64,000 nt of DNA from an uncultured Gemmatimonadales bacterium (GTDB lineage: Bacteria; Gemmatimonadota; Gemmatimonadetes; Gemmatimonadales; GWC2-71-9): the NCBI GenBank assembly GCA_963843115.1, contig CAWJJB010000007.1, positions 830,773 through 894,772 of the forward strand, written 5' to 3'. The first letter of the stretch is position 1. Each line of letters begins with the position of its first letter. Made by a program: the position numbers and the translations under genes. Under the pieces are notes generated by a model that was not told the DNA's origin, made no database searches, and saw nothing but the letters and a program-made list of their open reading frames with translations. Of the stretch, positions 9,632 to 18,626 are shown piece after piece.

Positions 9632-10396
9632 TCATCCCGGCACCCGTCCGGCGATGACCGTCAGTGGCCAGTGCACCTGCCGCGCGGTTCCCTCTGGCCA
9701 GAGCGGGGCCAGTTCGGCGTCCACGTCGGGCACGGGATCGGTGCCGGTAGTGCCGCGATAGCGATGGACCGCCGACCAACTGCCCAGGTAACCGCGCAGC
9801 GCGGCTCGCGTCAGCATCGCATCCATGGCCAGTACCGGTGCCACGATGCGCTCGTAGGGGAAGGGAAGGGTGCGATAGTCGGCGTCGATGTGGCGGCGCT
9901 CGTTGGGCCAGTGCGGTCCGACCCGCTCGTGCTCGAATCGATGCAGCACTGCGTCCACGCCGGGATCGATGGTGGGCGAACCATAGCACCAAAGGGCCAC
10001 GAGCCCATGGGGCTTGGCCACGCGATCGACCTCGCGATAGAACGCGTCGAGATCGAACCAGTGTGCCGCCTGGGCCGCAGTCACGATGGAGGCGGCGCCA
10101 TCCGCGATTCCCGACTGGCCCTCGCGCAGCACGCGATAGGTAATCCGCGGATGCGCCGGTGCCTGGGCGAGCTGCGCTGCGCTGGCGTCGGTGGCCACCA
10201 CGGCGGCAAATCGTCCCGCGAGCGGCACGGCCGCGAGGCCGGTGCCGGTGCCGCAATCCCAGGCGAGGTCGAGGTCGGGCGCCTGGGACGCCAGGAAGTC
10301 GAAGAGGGCGGCAGGATAGCCCGGACGGAAACGGGCATACTGCTCGGCCACACCGGCGAAGTGATCGGTGAACGGCGCTGGCTTCGGTGCGCTCAC
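9632..10396 (-). CDS. Class I SAM-dependent methyltransferase
   Basis: FTDHFAGVAEQYARFRPGYP then LAWDCGTGTGLAAVPLA (motif I, GxGxG) and VVATDAS. GTG start at 10396 is chosen because the longer ORF upstream is Arg-rich and overlaps the next gene. Confidence 0.8.
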   Translation of the reverse strand: MSAPKPAPFTDHFAGVAEQYARFRPGYPAALFDFLASQAPDLDLAWDCGTGTGLAAVPLAGRFAAVVATDASAAQLAQAPAHPRITYRVLREGQSGIADGAASIVTAAQAAHWFDLDAFYREVDRVAKPHGLVALWCYGSPTIDPGVDAVLHRFEHERVGPHWPNERRHIDADYRTLPFPYERIVAPVLAMDAMLTRAALRGYLGSWSAVHRYRGTTGTDPVPDVDAELAPLWPEGTARQVHWPLTVIAGRVPG

Positions 10397-10406
10397 GCCC
10401 AGCGCC

Positions 10407-10718
10407 TCAGCGTGGCCCCGTTGGCAGCAGCCCCAGCCCGATGGCGAGTACGAAGAGCGCCACCGCAAGCATCGCCACCACCACGCGCCGGCGATGGAGC
10501 TGTCTCGCCCTCCACGCGGCCCGGTCGAGGTACCAGGTGCCCGGCGCTGCGGTCCGGACAACCTGGTGCCGGCGCAAGCGCTCGAAGTGGCGCGACTCCT
10601 CCAGGCCCAGCGCACCAAGCGGCCGGGCCGAATCCGCACCGGTCGCTCCCGCCGACTCGAACGACTCGACAATCTCCTTTTCGCGCTTGATCATGACGGC
10701 AACGGCACCGGATCCCAT
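10407..10718 (-). CDS. Hypothetical protein with a C-terminal transmembrane anchor
   Basis: 103-aa ORF. The ATG overlaps the upstream stop (TAATG). Soluble N-part (IKREKEIVESFESAG...APGTWYLD), then a basic stretch and a hydrophobic helix VVVAMLAVALFVLAIGLGLL. Confidence 0.5.
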   Translation of the reverse strand: MGSGAVAVMIKREKEIVESFESAGATGADSARPLGALGLEESRHFERLRRHQVVRTAAPGTWYLDRAAWRARQLHRRRVVVAMLAVALFVLAIGLGLLPTGPR

Positions 10719-11122
10719 TACCAGGCCTTCCTGAGATGCCCCGTCAGCAGGGGGGCAAGTGATGTGGCAAGCAGCACCAGGAACCATATCCGGCCCGCGG
10801 TCACATTGTAGTCCGCAAGCAACTCACCCCAGGGCTTGCCGGCGATGAAATGCCCAAACCCGAACTCGAAGACCACCGTCAGCAGCAGCCAGAACCCCCC
10901 AACCCGCAGGGCGTCGCTGCTGGACCGTGGACCAATCCATTGTATCAGCGATCCAGTCAGCAGGAATATCAGGATGCACAGCGCCACGGTGCTGATAACG
11001 TGTCCGGTCCGCTCCCCAAGGCGGGGGATGAGGACCTTGACCCGGAATGTTCCGTTGAGCACCGCGGCAACCATCAGTGCCAACCAACCAATCAGCGCAC
11101 GCAGGAACATGGAGGGCATCAC
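10718..11122 (-). CDS. Hypothetical integral membrane protein (about 4 TM segments)
   Basis: 134-aa ORF with four hydrophobic stretches (LIGWLALMVAAVL, VISTVALCILIFLL, GGFWLLLTVVFEF, IWFLVLLATSLAPLL). The start overlaps the upstream stop. Confidence 0.55.
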   Translation of the reverse strand: MMPSMFLRALIGWLALMVAAVLNGTFRVKVLIPRLGERTGHVISTVALCILIFLLTGSLIQWIGPRSSSDALRVGGFWLLLTVVFEFGFGHFIAGKPWGELLADYNVTAGRIWFLVLLATSLAPLLTGHLRKAW

Positions 11123-11430
11123 CCCGTGGCGGGGTCAGGCTCGTAGTTGGTGAACGGCGGCGTCCACTCCGGCACCGAGCTGTCGGCGGGATGAAAACCG
11201 TGGATGATCTCGACGGCGTCACCGACACGCCGAACGCGTGATTCCATCAGCGGACCGCGGCTGTCACCCCAGCCCATCTGGTTCAGTCGCTCAGCCTCGA
11301 AGTGACAGATTGCCCCCGGCGTGGGGCACGGCCGCGGATAGGCCTGCTCGTGGTGATCCACGAGTGCCTGCCAGTGGGCTGGACCGGCGCGCTCGATGGA
11401 CGCGCGAACGTCAGCGCCCGTGAGGGGCAT
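11119..11430 (-). CDS. Hypothetical protein (103 aa)
   Basis: In-frame ATG at 11430 (MPLTGADVRASIERAG...). Coding-like GC3, no recognisable motif. The stop overlaps the next start. Confidence 0.45.
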   Translation of the reverse strand: MPLTGADVRASIERAGPAHWQALVDHHEQAYPRPCPTPGAICHFEAERLNQMGWGDSRGPLMESRVRRVGDAVEIIHGFHPADSSVPEWTPPFTNYEPDPATG

Positions 11431-11443
11431 GAGCCACCTTTCG

Positions 11444-11773
11444 TCAACGCCTCCGGCGCTTGACCGGAGTCGGTGCATCGGGTACGAACTGGATATTGAT
11501 GGACAGCAACTCACCCTCGAACCAGCCGATGAGGCGGCCAATGAACTTCTCGGTCAGGTAGAACTGGTCGCTCGGCGTCTTCGGCTTGATGTGTGCCACG
11601 AGGACGCCACCGGCACTGCTCACCTCGATGTGGCCACCTTTCGGGCGTGCCACGTGCTTGAGCCGCGTGCGGGCCTTGTTGCTCCACGACCAGGTGCTCG
11701 CCTCGCGGATCCTGGCACGCAGCATCTTGAAGGCATTGAGGTTTCCGGCGGGAACTGCCTGGAGGACCAGCAT
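11444..11773 (-). CDS. Hypothetical protein (109 aa), basic C-terminus
   Basis: ATG at 11773 (MLVLQAVPAGNLNAFKML...). I checked third-codon positions by eye and they are overwhelmingly G/C on this strand, unlike the overlapping plus-strand ORF. Confidence 0.5.
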   Translation of the reverse strand: MLVLQAVPAGNLNAFKMLRARIREASTWSWSNKARTRLKHVARPKGGHIEVSSAGGVLVAHIKPKTPSDQFYLTEKFIGRLIGWFEGELLSINIQFVPDAPTPVKRRRR

Positions 11774-11809
11774 GGGCACACTCCGGCTCGAGGGTGAATC
11801 AAGGCACAC

Positions 11810-12874
11810 TCACACGATCGCCTTGCGTTCCTTCTTCTCCATCTGCACCCGCAACTGTCCGCAGGCGGCGTTGATGTCCAGTCCGCGACTGCGCCGTACC
11901 GGCGCCTCGATACCCTGGTTGCGCAACCGATCGGCGAATGCACGAATGCGGGCAGGGGACGTCGGCGTCAAGCCACCCTCGCCGCCCGGGTGAAGGGGCA
12001 GCAGGTTCACCATGGCGCCGAGCCGGCCGGCGAGCCTTGCCAGCACGTCGGCGTCCGCATCGGTGTCGTTCTTGCCGGCGATCAGGACATACTCGAAGGT
12101 GACGCGCTTGCGGAAGGTGGCTGCCGCCTTCAGCACCGCCTCCAGGTCGTACTTCTTCTCAATGGGCATGAGGGCCAGTCGGCGCGCGGCGGTGGGCGCA
12201 TGCAATGAAATCGCCAGGCGGAACTGTTCGGGGCGTGCGGCGAACTTCTCCATGCCCGGCAGGATCCCGACCGTGGAGACTGTGATGTGCCGCGCCCCGA
12301 TGCCGAAGCCGTCGCCGTCATTGAGGATCGTCAGGGAGGTATCCACCGCCGGCCAGTTGAGCAGGGGTTCGCCCATCCCCATGTACACGATGTTCGTCGG
12401 CTTGTCGCCGGTGTTGCGCAGCACCACTTCCCGCACCTGGACCGCGATCTCCGCGGCCGAGAGGTTGCGCCGGAATCCCATCGTGCCGGTCGCGCAGAAC
12501 ACGCAGCCGAGCGCGCAGCCCGCCTGCGACGAGATGCAGAGCGTCCGGCGCGATCCGCTCGGGATCAGCACCGACTCGATCATCTCGCCGTCGTGCAGGC
12601 GCCAGAGGTACTTCGTGGTGCCATCCTGCGACTGCTGAATGGTCACCGGATTCAGCCGGAGCAGGGGCAACTCCGCCTGGAGATCGCTGCGCAGGGCCTT
12701 GGGCAGTTCCGTCGCGTCGTCCCAGGACGCCACCGGTGCCACCCAGAGACGACGGACGAGTTGCTCCACCCGGTATGCCGGGAGACCACGCTCCTGGACC
12801 CACGCTGCCAGCCGGGCTCGGGCGGCCTCGGGCGTCAGGTCCAGGAGCGACGCAGCTGAAGGTGAATCGGGCAT
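11810..12874 (-). CDS. rlmN: 23S rRNA/tRNA (adenine-C2)-methyltransferase RlmN (radical SAM)
   Basis: CISSQAGCALGCVFCATG carries the radical-SAM CxxxCxxC motif, with MGMGEPLLN and a C-terminal CGQL. Start taken at ATG 12874. Confidence 0.9.
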   Translation of the reverse strand: MPDSPSAASLLDLTPEAARARLAAWVQERGLPAYRVEQLVRRLWVAPVASWDDATELPKALRSDLQAELPLLRLNPVTIQQSQDGTTKYLWRLHDGEMIESVLIPSGSRRTLCISSQAGCALGCVFCATGTMGFRRNLSAAEIAVQVREVVLRNTGDKPTNIVYMGMGEPLLNWPAVDTSLTILNDGDGFGIGARHITVSTVGILPGMEKFAARPEQFRLAISLHAPTAARRLALMPIEKKYDLEAVLKAAATFRKRVTFEYVLIAGKNDTDADADVLARLAGRLGAMVNLLPLHPGGEGGLTPTSPARIRAFADRLRNQGIEAPVRRSRGLDINAACGQLRVQMEKKERKAIV

Positions 12875-12929
12875 GCCTAAAGATATACGGCGCCTGCGAC
12901 CGTTGGGTGGCGTGGAGCATCTAGCAGCC

Positions 12930-14000
12930 ATGAATCACCTTACCCCAGTCTTCGCGGTGACCGCACTCCTCGGTACGTCACTTGCCGCCCAGGCACCTCC
13001 GCTTCAGCAGGACCAGCTCGTCACACGGCTGGGCGCGACTCTGGATTCACTGACGAGGGTCGGGCAATTCTCCGGGGTCGTCCAGCTCAACCGCGCTGGT
13101 GCGGCGGTCTTTGCGCAGGCATATGGCATGGCGGATCGCGCGACGAGCCGGAAGAACAACGTCGAGACGGAGTTCAACGTTGGTTCGATCAACAAGGTGT
13201 TCACGGCCACGGCGGTGCGGCAGCTGGCCGCCGCCGGGAAGCTCGACCTCGACTCGACCCTCGGCTACTACTGGCCCGACTATCCCACGCCGTCCGCCCG
13301 CTCGGCGACAATCCGGCAGCTGCTGCAGCACCAGGCAGGATTGGGGGGCAACATTTTCGACCCTCCGCCCGGCGGCACCCGGAACGACATCAAGCACAAC
13401 AACGATTACCTGGTCCTCTTTGCCTCGGCGCCGCAGGCGTTTGCTCCGGGAACCAGTCGCAGCTACTGCAACGCGTGCTATGTCGTGCTTGGCATGCTGA
13501 TCGAGCGCGTTTCAGGCGAGGACTACTACGCGTACATAGATCAGCACATCTATGCGCCGGCAGGGATGAGGCATACCGGATCATATCGCGTTGACTCGCT
13601 GCCGACGAACACGGCCATCGGCTACACGACGGGCGAGGAGGACGCTCCGGCTGGCACACCGCTGCATGCCAACAGCGCCGAGCTCCCGGGGCGGGGAAGC
13701 GCCGCGGGCGGCGGCTATTCCACCACCGGCGACCTGCTTTTGTTCCTCGAGGCGTTGAAGGCCGGCAGGGTCCCGAACGGGCCGCCCTCCGGAATCGGCA
13801 TCGCCGGCGGGTCGGGCGGGCTCAACGCAGTGCTGGAGGGAGGCTTGCCGGGCGGCTATGACCTGGCAGTCGTGAGCAACCTGGACCCGCCATCGGCCGA
13901 ACGAATTGCGGACCTGGTCCGCGGCTGGCTTGGGGGTGCTTCCGATCGACGCGGGCCGGGAGCCGGGCCCCGCCCGGGTCCCGGCCCAGGGAAGCCCTAG
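12930..14000 (+). CDS. Serine hydrolase, beta-lactamase/PBP4* family, secreted
   Basis: Signal peptide MNHLTPVFAVTALLGTSLAAQA and the SxxK motif in FNVGSINKVFTA. Gly/Pro-rich C-terminal tail. Confidence 0.8.
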   Translation: MNHLTPVFAVTALLGTSLAAQAPPLQQDQLVTRLGATLDSLTRVGQFSGVVQLNRAGAAVFAQAYGMADRATSRKNNVETEFNVGSINKVFTATAVRQLAAAGKLDLDSTLGYYWPDYPTPSARSATIRQLLQHQAGLGGNIFDPPPGGTRNDIKHNNDYLVLFASAPQAFAPGTSRSYCNACYVVLGMLIERVSGEDYYAYIDQHIYAPAGMRHTGSYRVDSLPTNTAIGYTTGEEDAPAGTPLHANSAELPGRGSAAGGGYSTTGDLLLFLEALKAGRVPNGPPSGIGIAGGSGGLNAVLEGGLPGGYDLAVVSNLDPPSAERIADLVRGWLGGASDRRGPGAGPRPGPGPGKP

Positions 14001-14419
14001 TCGGAACCCTCGGTGCAGAGAAGGAGGGTGATTGCCTGAAGACAGCTGACGCGCACTTCCTGCGTTGCCCCGAAGTCGGGATGTCGCACCATGTCGAGGA
14101 AGGCTGCCATCGAGGGCCATCGTACCAACCACACCGCGTCCCAGTCGTGCGGCGCCGCGCCGATGATCAGGTGCCGCGCGCGTCCCTTCCACAGTTCTCG
14201 TCCGCCCGCCGCGAGCATGATTGGCGTTACTGCAGGTGCGTACACACCCCAATAGCGCTCAGCGCCAATTTCTCCCTTGAACTTCAGCAAGTTGACCATC
14301 ACAAATGGCTGGCCCGCCGGGTACGCTGCGAGAAGGGCGAGCTGTTCCGGCAACGGTGACAGGCCGTCTATCGCCGGGGGAGCTGCCGTGGGCAGGAGAT
14401 CGTCCCTTGATGATGTCAT
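13997..14419 (-). CDS. DUF1330 domain protein
   Basis: PFVMVNLLKFKG...YWGVYAPAV...DAVWLVRWPSMAAFLDMV resembles DUF1330. The ATG overlaps the LysR stop (ATGA on the minus strand). Confidence 0.65.
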   Translation of the reverse strand: MTSSRDDLLPTAAPPAIDGLSPLPEQLALLAAYPAGQPFVMVNLLKFKGEIGAERYWGVYAPAVTPIMLAAGGRELWKGRARHLIIGAAPHDWDAVWLVRWPSMAAFLDMVRHPDFGATQEVRVSCLQAITLLLCTEGSD

Positions 14420-15450
14420 GCGTGCTTCCTCGAATCCGGTCGCCGCTCGGAGCGTGCGGGCCGCCGCGCCCCCGTCCGCCGCCGCTCGAGCCGGCGCGGC
14501 TCGAGAAGGGTGATCATGAGCCGCTTCTCCTCGATGACAATCTCCTGCTCGACTTTCCGGACCCTCTCCATGAACGCCAACGCCGCAGGGGAAAGGCTGC
14601 GGCCGGTGAGATAGGCAAAGCCATAGCTCGTATGCAGCCACGGGGCCTTGATGGACAGCGCTGCAAGGGCACCCGAGGCGAGCTCGGCTGCAATGGAAGC
14701 GAGAGGCGCGAGGCTCACGGCGTTGCTGACGCCCACGGCATCCTTGGCGAGCCGAATGCTGTCCATCTTGAGCGGAGGGATGTAATCGCCACTCGACGGG
14801 TCGGTGGTGCCCTGCTTGAGGACCTTGGACATGACACCCGCGGCCCGTGGGGCCAGCTTCGGCCCTGCAAAAGGGAAGTCTGAGAGGTGCTCGATGGTGG
14901 GTGCCGCTTCGGACTGCAACGGATGGCCAGGCCGCGTGAAGAAAACTGCTGGATGCCGAGGCAACGCCTCGACCGTAAGGCGCTTCTCATCCTCGACCAC
15001 GCTCAACTCCAGCACGGAGAGGTCGAGCCGGGTGGAGAGGGTGGTCTCGACAATGGTACGCCAGTCACCGGTCGTCACCTCCACCCGGAGGCCGGGATGC
15101 TTGGCGGTGAGTCGCCCCACCGCGCGGCCGAGGGACAGCTCGGCAGGATAAATCCCCGCACCCACGAATAGCTCCCCCACTTCCAGGCCCTGCATCAGCC
15201 TGAGCTCGCGCACCAATTCTGCGGCATCGGCGGTGATGGCGTGCGCGCGGTCCAGAAGCAGGCGGCCAAAGGCGGTCGGCTCGACCCGTTTCCGCCCCCG
15301 GTCGAACAGGCGGACACCGAGCTGGTGCTCGAGGGCGGCGATGTGGCGCGAGAGGGTCGGCTGGCTCATAAAGAGCTCGGAGGCGGCACGGGCGTAGTTC
15401 CCGTGACGGGCGAGCGCCTGGGCGTGTCCGATCAATGTCAAGTCGAGCAT
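14416..15450 (-). CDS. LysR-family transcriptional regulator
   Basis: N-terminal wHTH region LARHGNYARAASELFMSQPTLSRHIAALEHQLGVRLFDR, with a LysR substrate-binding-like C-terminal part. Confidence 0.9.
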   Translation of the reverse strand: MLDLTLIGHAQALARHGNYARAASELFMSQPTLSRHIAALEHQLGVRLFDRGRKRVEPTAFGRLLLDRAHAITADAAELVRELRLMQGLEVGELFVGAGIYPAELSLGRAVGRLTAKHPGLRVEVTTGDWRTIVETTLSTRLDLSVLELSVVEDEKRLTVEALPRHPAVFFTRPGHPLQSEAAPTIEHLSDFPFAGPKLAPRAAGVMSKVLKQGTTDPSSGDYIPPLKMDSIRLAKDAVGVSNAVSLAPLASIAAELASGALAALSIKAPWLHTSYGFAYLTGRSLSPAALAFMERVRKVEQEIVIEEKRLMITLLEPRRLERRRTGARRPARSERRPDSRKHA

Positions 15451-15670
15451 GCACGGAATGTATCGTACTGATGTGAAATTCGCATTGGACGTATCAACCA
15501 AGGTGCCATAGTGTGTTTGGAGGCTTCAGGCCGATCACGAGGTGCAGAGGCCGTTCGTGTGGGTGTGCATTGGTGCATCTTATCCCTGACACACACTGGC
15601 GACCCCCTTGATTCCAGTTTCTGTCCGAACGCGATTCGCAGCTTTCTCCCTGACCTGGAGTGACCACGTA
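15451..15670. promoter_or_regulatory. Divergent intergenic region between the LysR gene and the arylsulfatase gene (likely promoters and LysR operator)
   Basis: 220-nt region, noticeably less GC-rich than its flanks. Divergent LysR/target arrangement. I could not pin down a specific T-N11-A box. Confidence 0.35.
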
Positions 15671-17371
15671 ATGCGTGTGCTTCGTTCGTTTTTTCTGGCC
15701 GCAGGTGCGCTTGTGTGCGCCCTGCCGGCCATGGCCCAGACGGCCAAAAAGCCCAATATCCTCTTCATCATGGGCGATGATATCGGCATCATGAACGTGG
15801 GTGCCTATCACCGCGGTTTGATGGTTGGTGAGACGCCAAACATCGACCGCATCGCCAAGGAAGGCACGTTGTTCATGACGGCCTATGCGGAGCAGAGCTG
15901 CACCGCCGGGCGCACCTCATTTATTACCGGAATGAACCCGTTGCGAGCTGGCATGATCATGCCGCAGCTGCCAGGCTCCAGCACTTCCCTGTTGCCCGGC
16001 ACCCCCGATCTCGCCGTGTTTCTGCGGGATCTCGGCTACAACACCGGCGAATTCGGCAAGAACCACCTGGGCGACAAGACGAACTCCCTCCCGACGGCCC
16101 ACGGCTTTCAGGAATTCTGGGGCTACCTGTATCACCTGGACGCGATGCAGGGCGTGAGCTTCCCGGACATCAACAGCAGCCCGACGGTGCAAGCCGCCGT
16201 GCCACCGTGCAAGAACACGCCGGTGCCAGGCCTGAAGGAGGTGCCCGGTGCCGTGGATCCGATGACGACGCTCTGCATGACGCCGCCCCGGCCTGTCCTC
16301 TACTGCACCTCGTCGGACGGCACCGAGAAGAACCAGAGCTGCAAGGACGAGGGCCCGCTCACCCTGGAGCGCTCGACGACCGTTGATGAGGAAATTTCAG
16401 CCAAGGTCGTTGACTACCTTGATCGTAATGACCCGAAGAAGACCAACAAGCCGTTCTTCGTCTGGTACAACCCGGCCCGCATGCACATCACCACGATGCT
16501 CTCGCCCAAGTACCTGGCGATGCTGGGAACCAAGGGCGGCAAGGACTGGGGCATCAACGAAGTCGGCATGAAGCAACTGGATGACAACGTCGGCGTGGTG
16601 CTGGCCAAGCTCGAGGCCATGGGCCAGCTCGACAACACGATCGTCGTCTTCACCACCGACAACGGGGCCGAGGTCATCACGTACCCCGACGGCGGGGTCA
16701 CGCCATTCCGGGGCGGCAAGCTGACCACCTGGGAAGGCGGCATGCGGGTCCCGATGATGGCCCGTTGGCCCGGACACATCAAGGCGGGCACCACCAACGA
16801 CCAGATCTTCTCGATGCTGGACTGGTTGCCGACCTTCGTCAACATCGCCGGTGGCCCGACTGGCGACGGACTGAAGAAGCAGATCGAGGCCGGCAAGTAT
16901 CCCGGCATCATCAAGACGACGCTCGACGGCTTCGACCAGCGCGCCTACCTGGAGGGCACGGGCGAATCCGCGCGCGACCACCTCTTCTACTACAGCGGTA
17001 CGCATCCCTCGGCGGTGCGATTCAAGAACTGGAAGTTCTACTACGCCATGGCATCGTCGGACGCCACCGGCGGCCTGCTGGGGGTCCAGTCCTTTCACTG
17101 GACGCAAGTGGACAACATCAAGCGGGATCCGTTTGAGACGGCCGTTGGGGCCAGCCAGTTGACCCTTCTGGGCATGGGTGGTGCCTTGGCTGCGCCGAGT
17201 ACGGCATACATCTACGACTGGAACCTGCTGCCCATCGGCCAGATGCTGTGGATGAAGGAGCTGATGACCTACAAGGATTTCCCTGCGCTCCAGACTCCGT
17301 CGAGCTACAACCTCGATCAGATCATCCAGGAAATGCAGGAGTCGAAGACCGGCAGTCACGCCGGCGAGTAA
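15671..17371 (+). CDS. Arylsulfatase (Cys-type, formylglycine-dependent), secreted
   Basis: Signal peptide MRVLRSFFLAAGALVCALPAMAQ, PNILFIMGDDIG, the FGly motif C-T-A-G-R at 15899-15913, and GKNHLGD. Confidence 0.9.
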   Translation: MRVLRSFFLAAGALVCALPAMAQTAKKPNILFIMGDDIGIMNVGAYHRGLMVGETPNIDRIAKEGTLFMTAYAEQSCTAGRTSFITGMNPLRAGMIMPQLPGSSTSLLPGTPDLAVFLRDLGYNTGEFGKNHLGDKTNSLPTAHGFQEFWGYLYHLDAMQGVSFPDINSSPTVQAAVPPCKNTPVPGLKEVPGAVDPMTTLCMTPPRPVLYCTSSDGTEKNQSCKDEGPLTLERSTTVDEEISAKVVDYLDRNDPKKTNKPFFVWYNPARMHITTMLSPKYLAMLGTKGGKDWGINEVGMKQLDDNVGVVLAKLEAMGQLDNTIVVFTTDNGAEVITYPDGGVTPFRGGKLTTWEGGMRVPMMARWPGHIKAGTTNDQIFSMLDWLPTFVNIAGGPTGDGLKKQIEAGKYPGIIKTTLDGFDQRAYLEGTGESARDHLFYYSGTHPSAVRFKNWKFYYAMASSDATGGLLGVQSFHWTQVDNIKRDPFETAVGASQLTLLGMGGALAAPSTAYIYDWNLLPIGQMLWMKELMTYKDFPALQTPSSYNLDQIIQEMQESKTGSHAGE

Positions 17372-17454
17372 GCAGTCGGGTCTCATCGTGACATGATGCC
17401 ACTGGGCACCTCCATCTCGGGGGTGCCCATGTTGCTGCCCGAAAGGAACGAACC

Positions 17455-18480
17455 ATGAAGCCGGCAATTCGGCGATTGGCAGTTGCCCTGCTAGCGGCCG
17501 CATCGGTGCTCGGTATGGCTGCACCCGCACAGGCCCAGGGGGATCCCCTTTTGTCCTGGAACGAGGGTGCGGCAAAGAAGGCGATCGTGGACTTTGTGAA
17601 GGCGACCACTACGGCCGGGAGCCCGCAGTTCGTCCCGGTGCCCGAGCGCGTCGCCACCTTCGACCAGGACGGCACGCTCTGGGTGGAGCACCCGATGTAC
17701 TCGCAACTGGTGTTCATCCTCGAGCGAGTACCGGCGGTGGTGAAGGCAAAGCCCGAGCTTGCCACGCAGGAGCCGTTCAAGACCGTCATGAGCGGCGATC
17801 GCGCGGCGATGGCGAAGCTCACCATGCCCGACCTGGAGAAGATTGCGGTGGCGACGCTCACGGGCATGCCGACCGAGGAGTTCCAGAGAGAGGTGCAAGC
17901 GTGGATGGCGACAGCCCGGGATCCCCGCTGGAAGCGGCCGTACAACGAGCTCACGTACCTTCCGATGCAGGAGGTGCTGCGCTACCTGCGCGCCAACGGC
18001 TACAAGACCTACATCGTGACGGGCGGCGGTCAAGACTTCGTACGGACGTACGCTGAGGAGACCTATGGGATCCCGCCCGAGCAGGTGGTCGGTACGGCCG
18101 GCGCCACCAGCTACAGCTATGGCAAGGATGGCAAGCCGGTGCTCACGAAGGAGCCCAAGATTGTCCTGAACGACAACAACGCTGGCAAGGCGGAAGGAAT
18201 CCACCTGATGATCGGCCGCCGGCCGCATATCGCGTTCGGGAATACCTCCGGCGATCGGGAGATGCTGGAGTACACCGCCGGCGGTGATGGGGCGCGCTTG
18301 TCACTCCTTGTGCTGCACGATGATGCGACCCGCGAATACGCCTACGGCCCCGCGCGCGGCCTCCCGGATACGAAGATCGGGACGTTTTCGCAGGCATTGT
18401 ATGACGAGGCCATGAAGGACGGATGGATTGTCATCAGCATGAAGAACGACTGGAAGACCATTTTCGCTTTCGATAAGTAG
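17455..18480 (+). CDS. Secreted HAD-superfamily phosphatase
   Basis: Signal peptide ending APAQAQ, canonical HAD motif I FDQDGTLW, IVTGGG, and the late motif GNTSGDREML. Confidence 0.75.
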   Translation: MKPAIRRLAVALLAAASVLGMAAPAQAQGDPLLSWNEGAAKKAIVDFVKATTTAGSPQFVPVPERVATFDQDGTLWVEHPMYSQLVFILERVPAVVKAKPELATQEPFKTVMSGDRAAMAKLTMPDLEKIAVATLTGMPTEEFQREVQAWMATARDPRWKRPYNELTYLPMQEVLRYLRANGYKTYIVTGGGQDFVRTYAEETYGIPPEQVVGTAGATSYSYGKDGKPVLTKEPKIVLNDNNAGKAEGIHLMIGRRPHIAFGNTSGDREMLEYTAGGDGARLSLLVLHDDATREYAYGPARGLPDTKIGTFSQALYDEAMKDGWIVISMKNDWKTIFAFDK

Positions 18481-18499
18481 CGGTCGCCCACCCAGCAAC

Positions 18500-18525
18500 C
18501 GGCTCCGGCGAGTTGGCCGGAGCCG
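18500..18525 (+). terminator. GC-rich hairpin downstream of the HAD gene (possible terminator, weak U-tract)
   Basis: cggctccggc / gccggagccg form a perfect 10-bp stem with a 6-nt loop. The sequence that follows is not T-rich. Confidence 0.35.
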
Positions 18526-18626
18526 TCCGATGCGCCCCGGTAGCCGTAACTCGTGATCTGAGTTACGTTTGGGCCATGACACATGTGATCGATTCGATGG
18601 TGGGCGATCCCTCATCCTCCACGGCG

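Noticed and set aside
9573-10256. Upstream 228 codons of the 304-aa minus-strand ORF 9342-10256
   Set aside because: It overlaps the methyltransferase gene out of frame and is Arg-rich. Only the last 76 codons, preceded by an SD, look like a gene.
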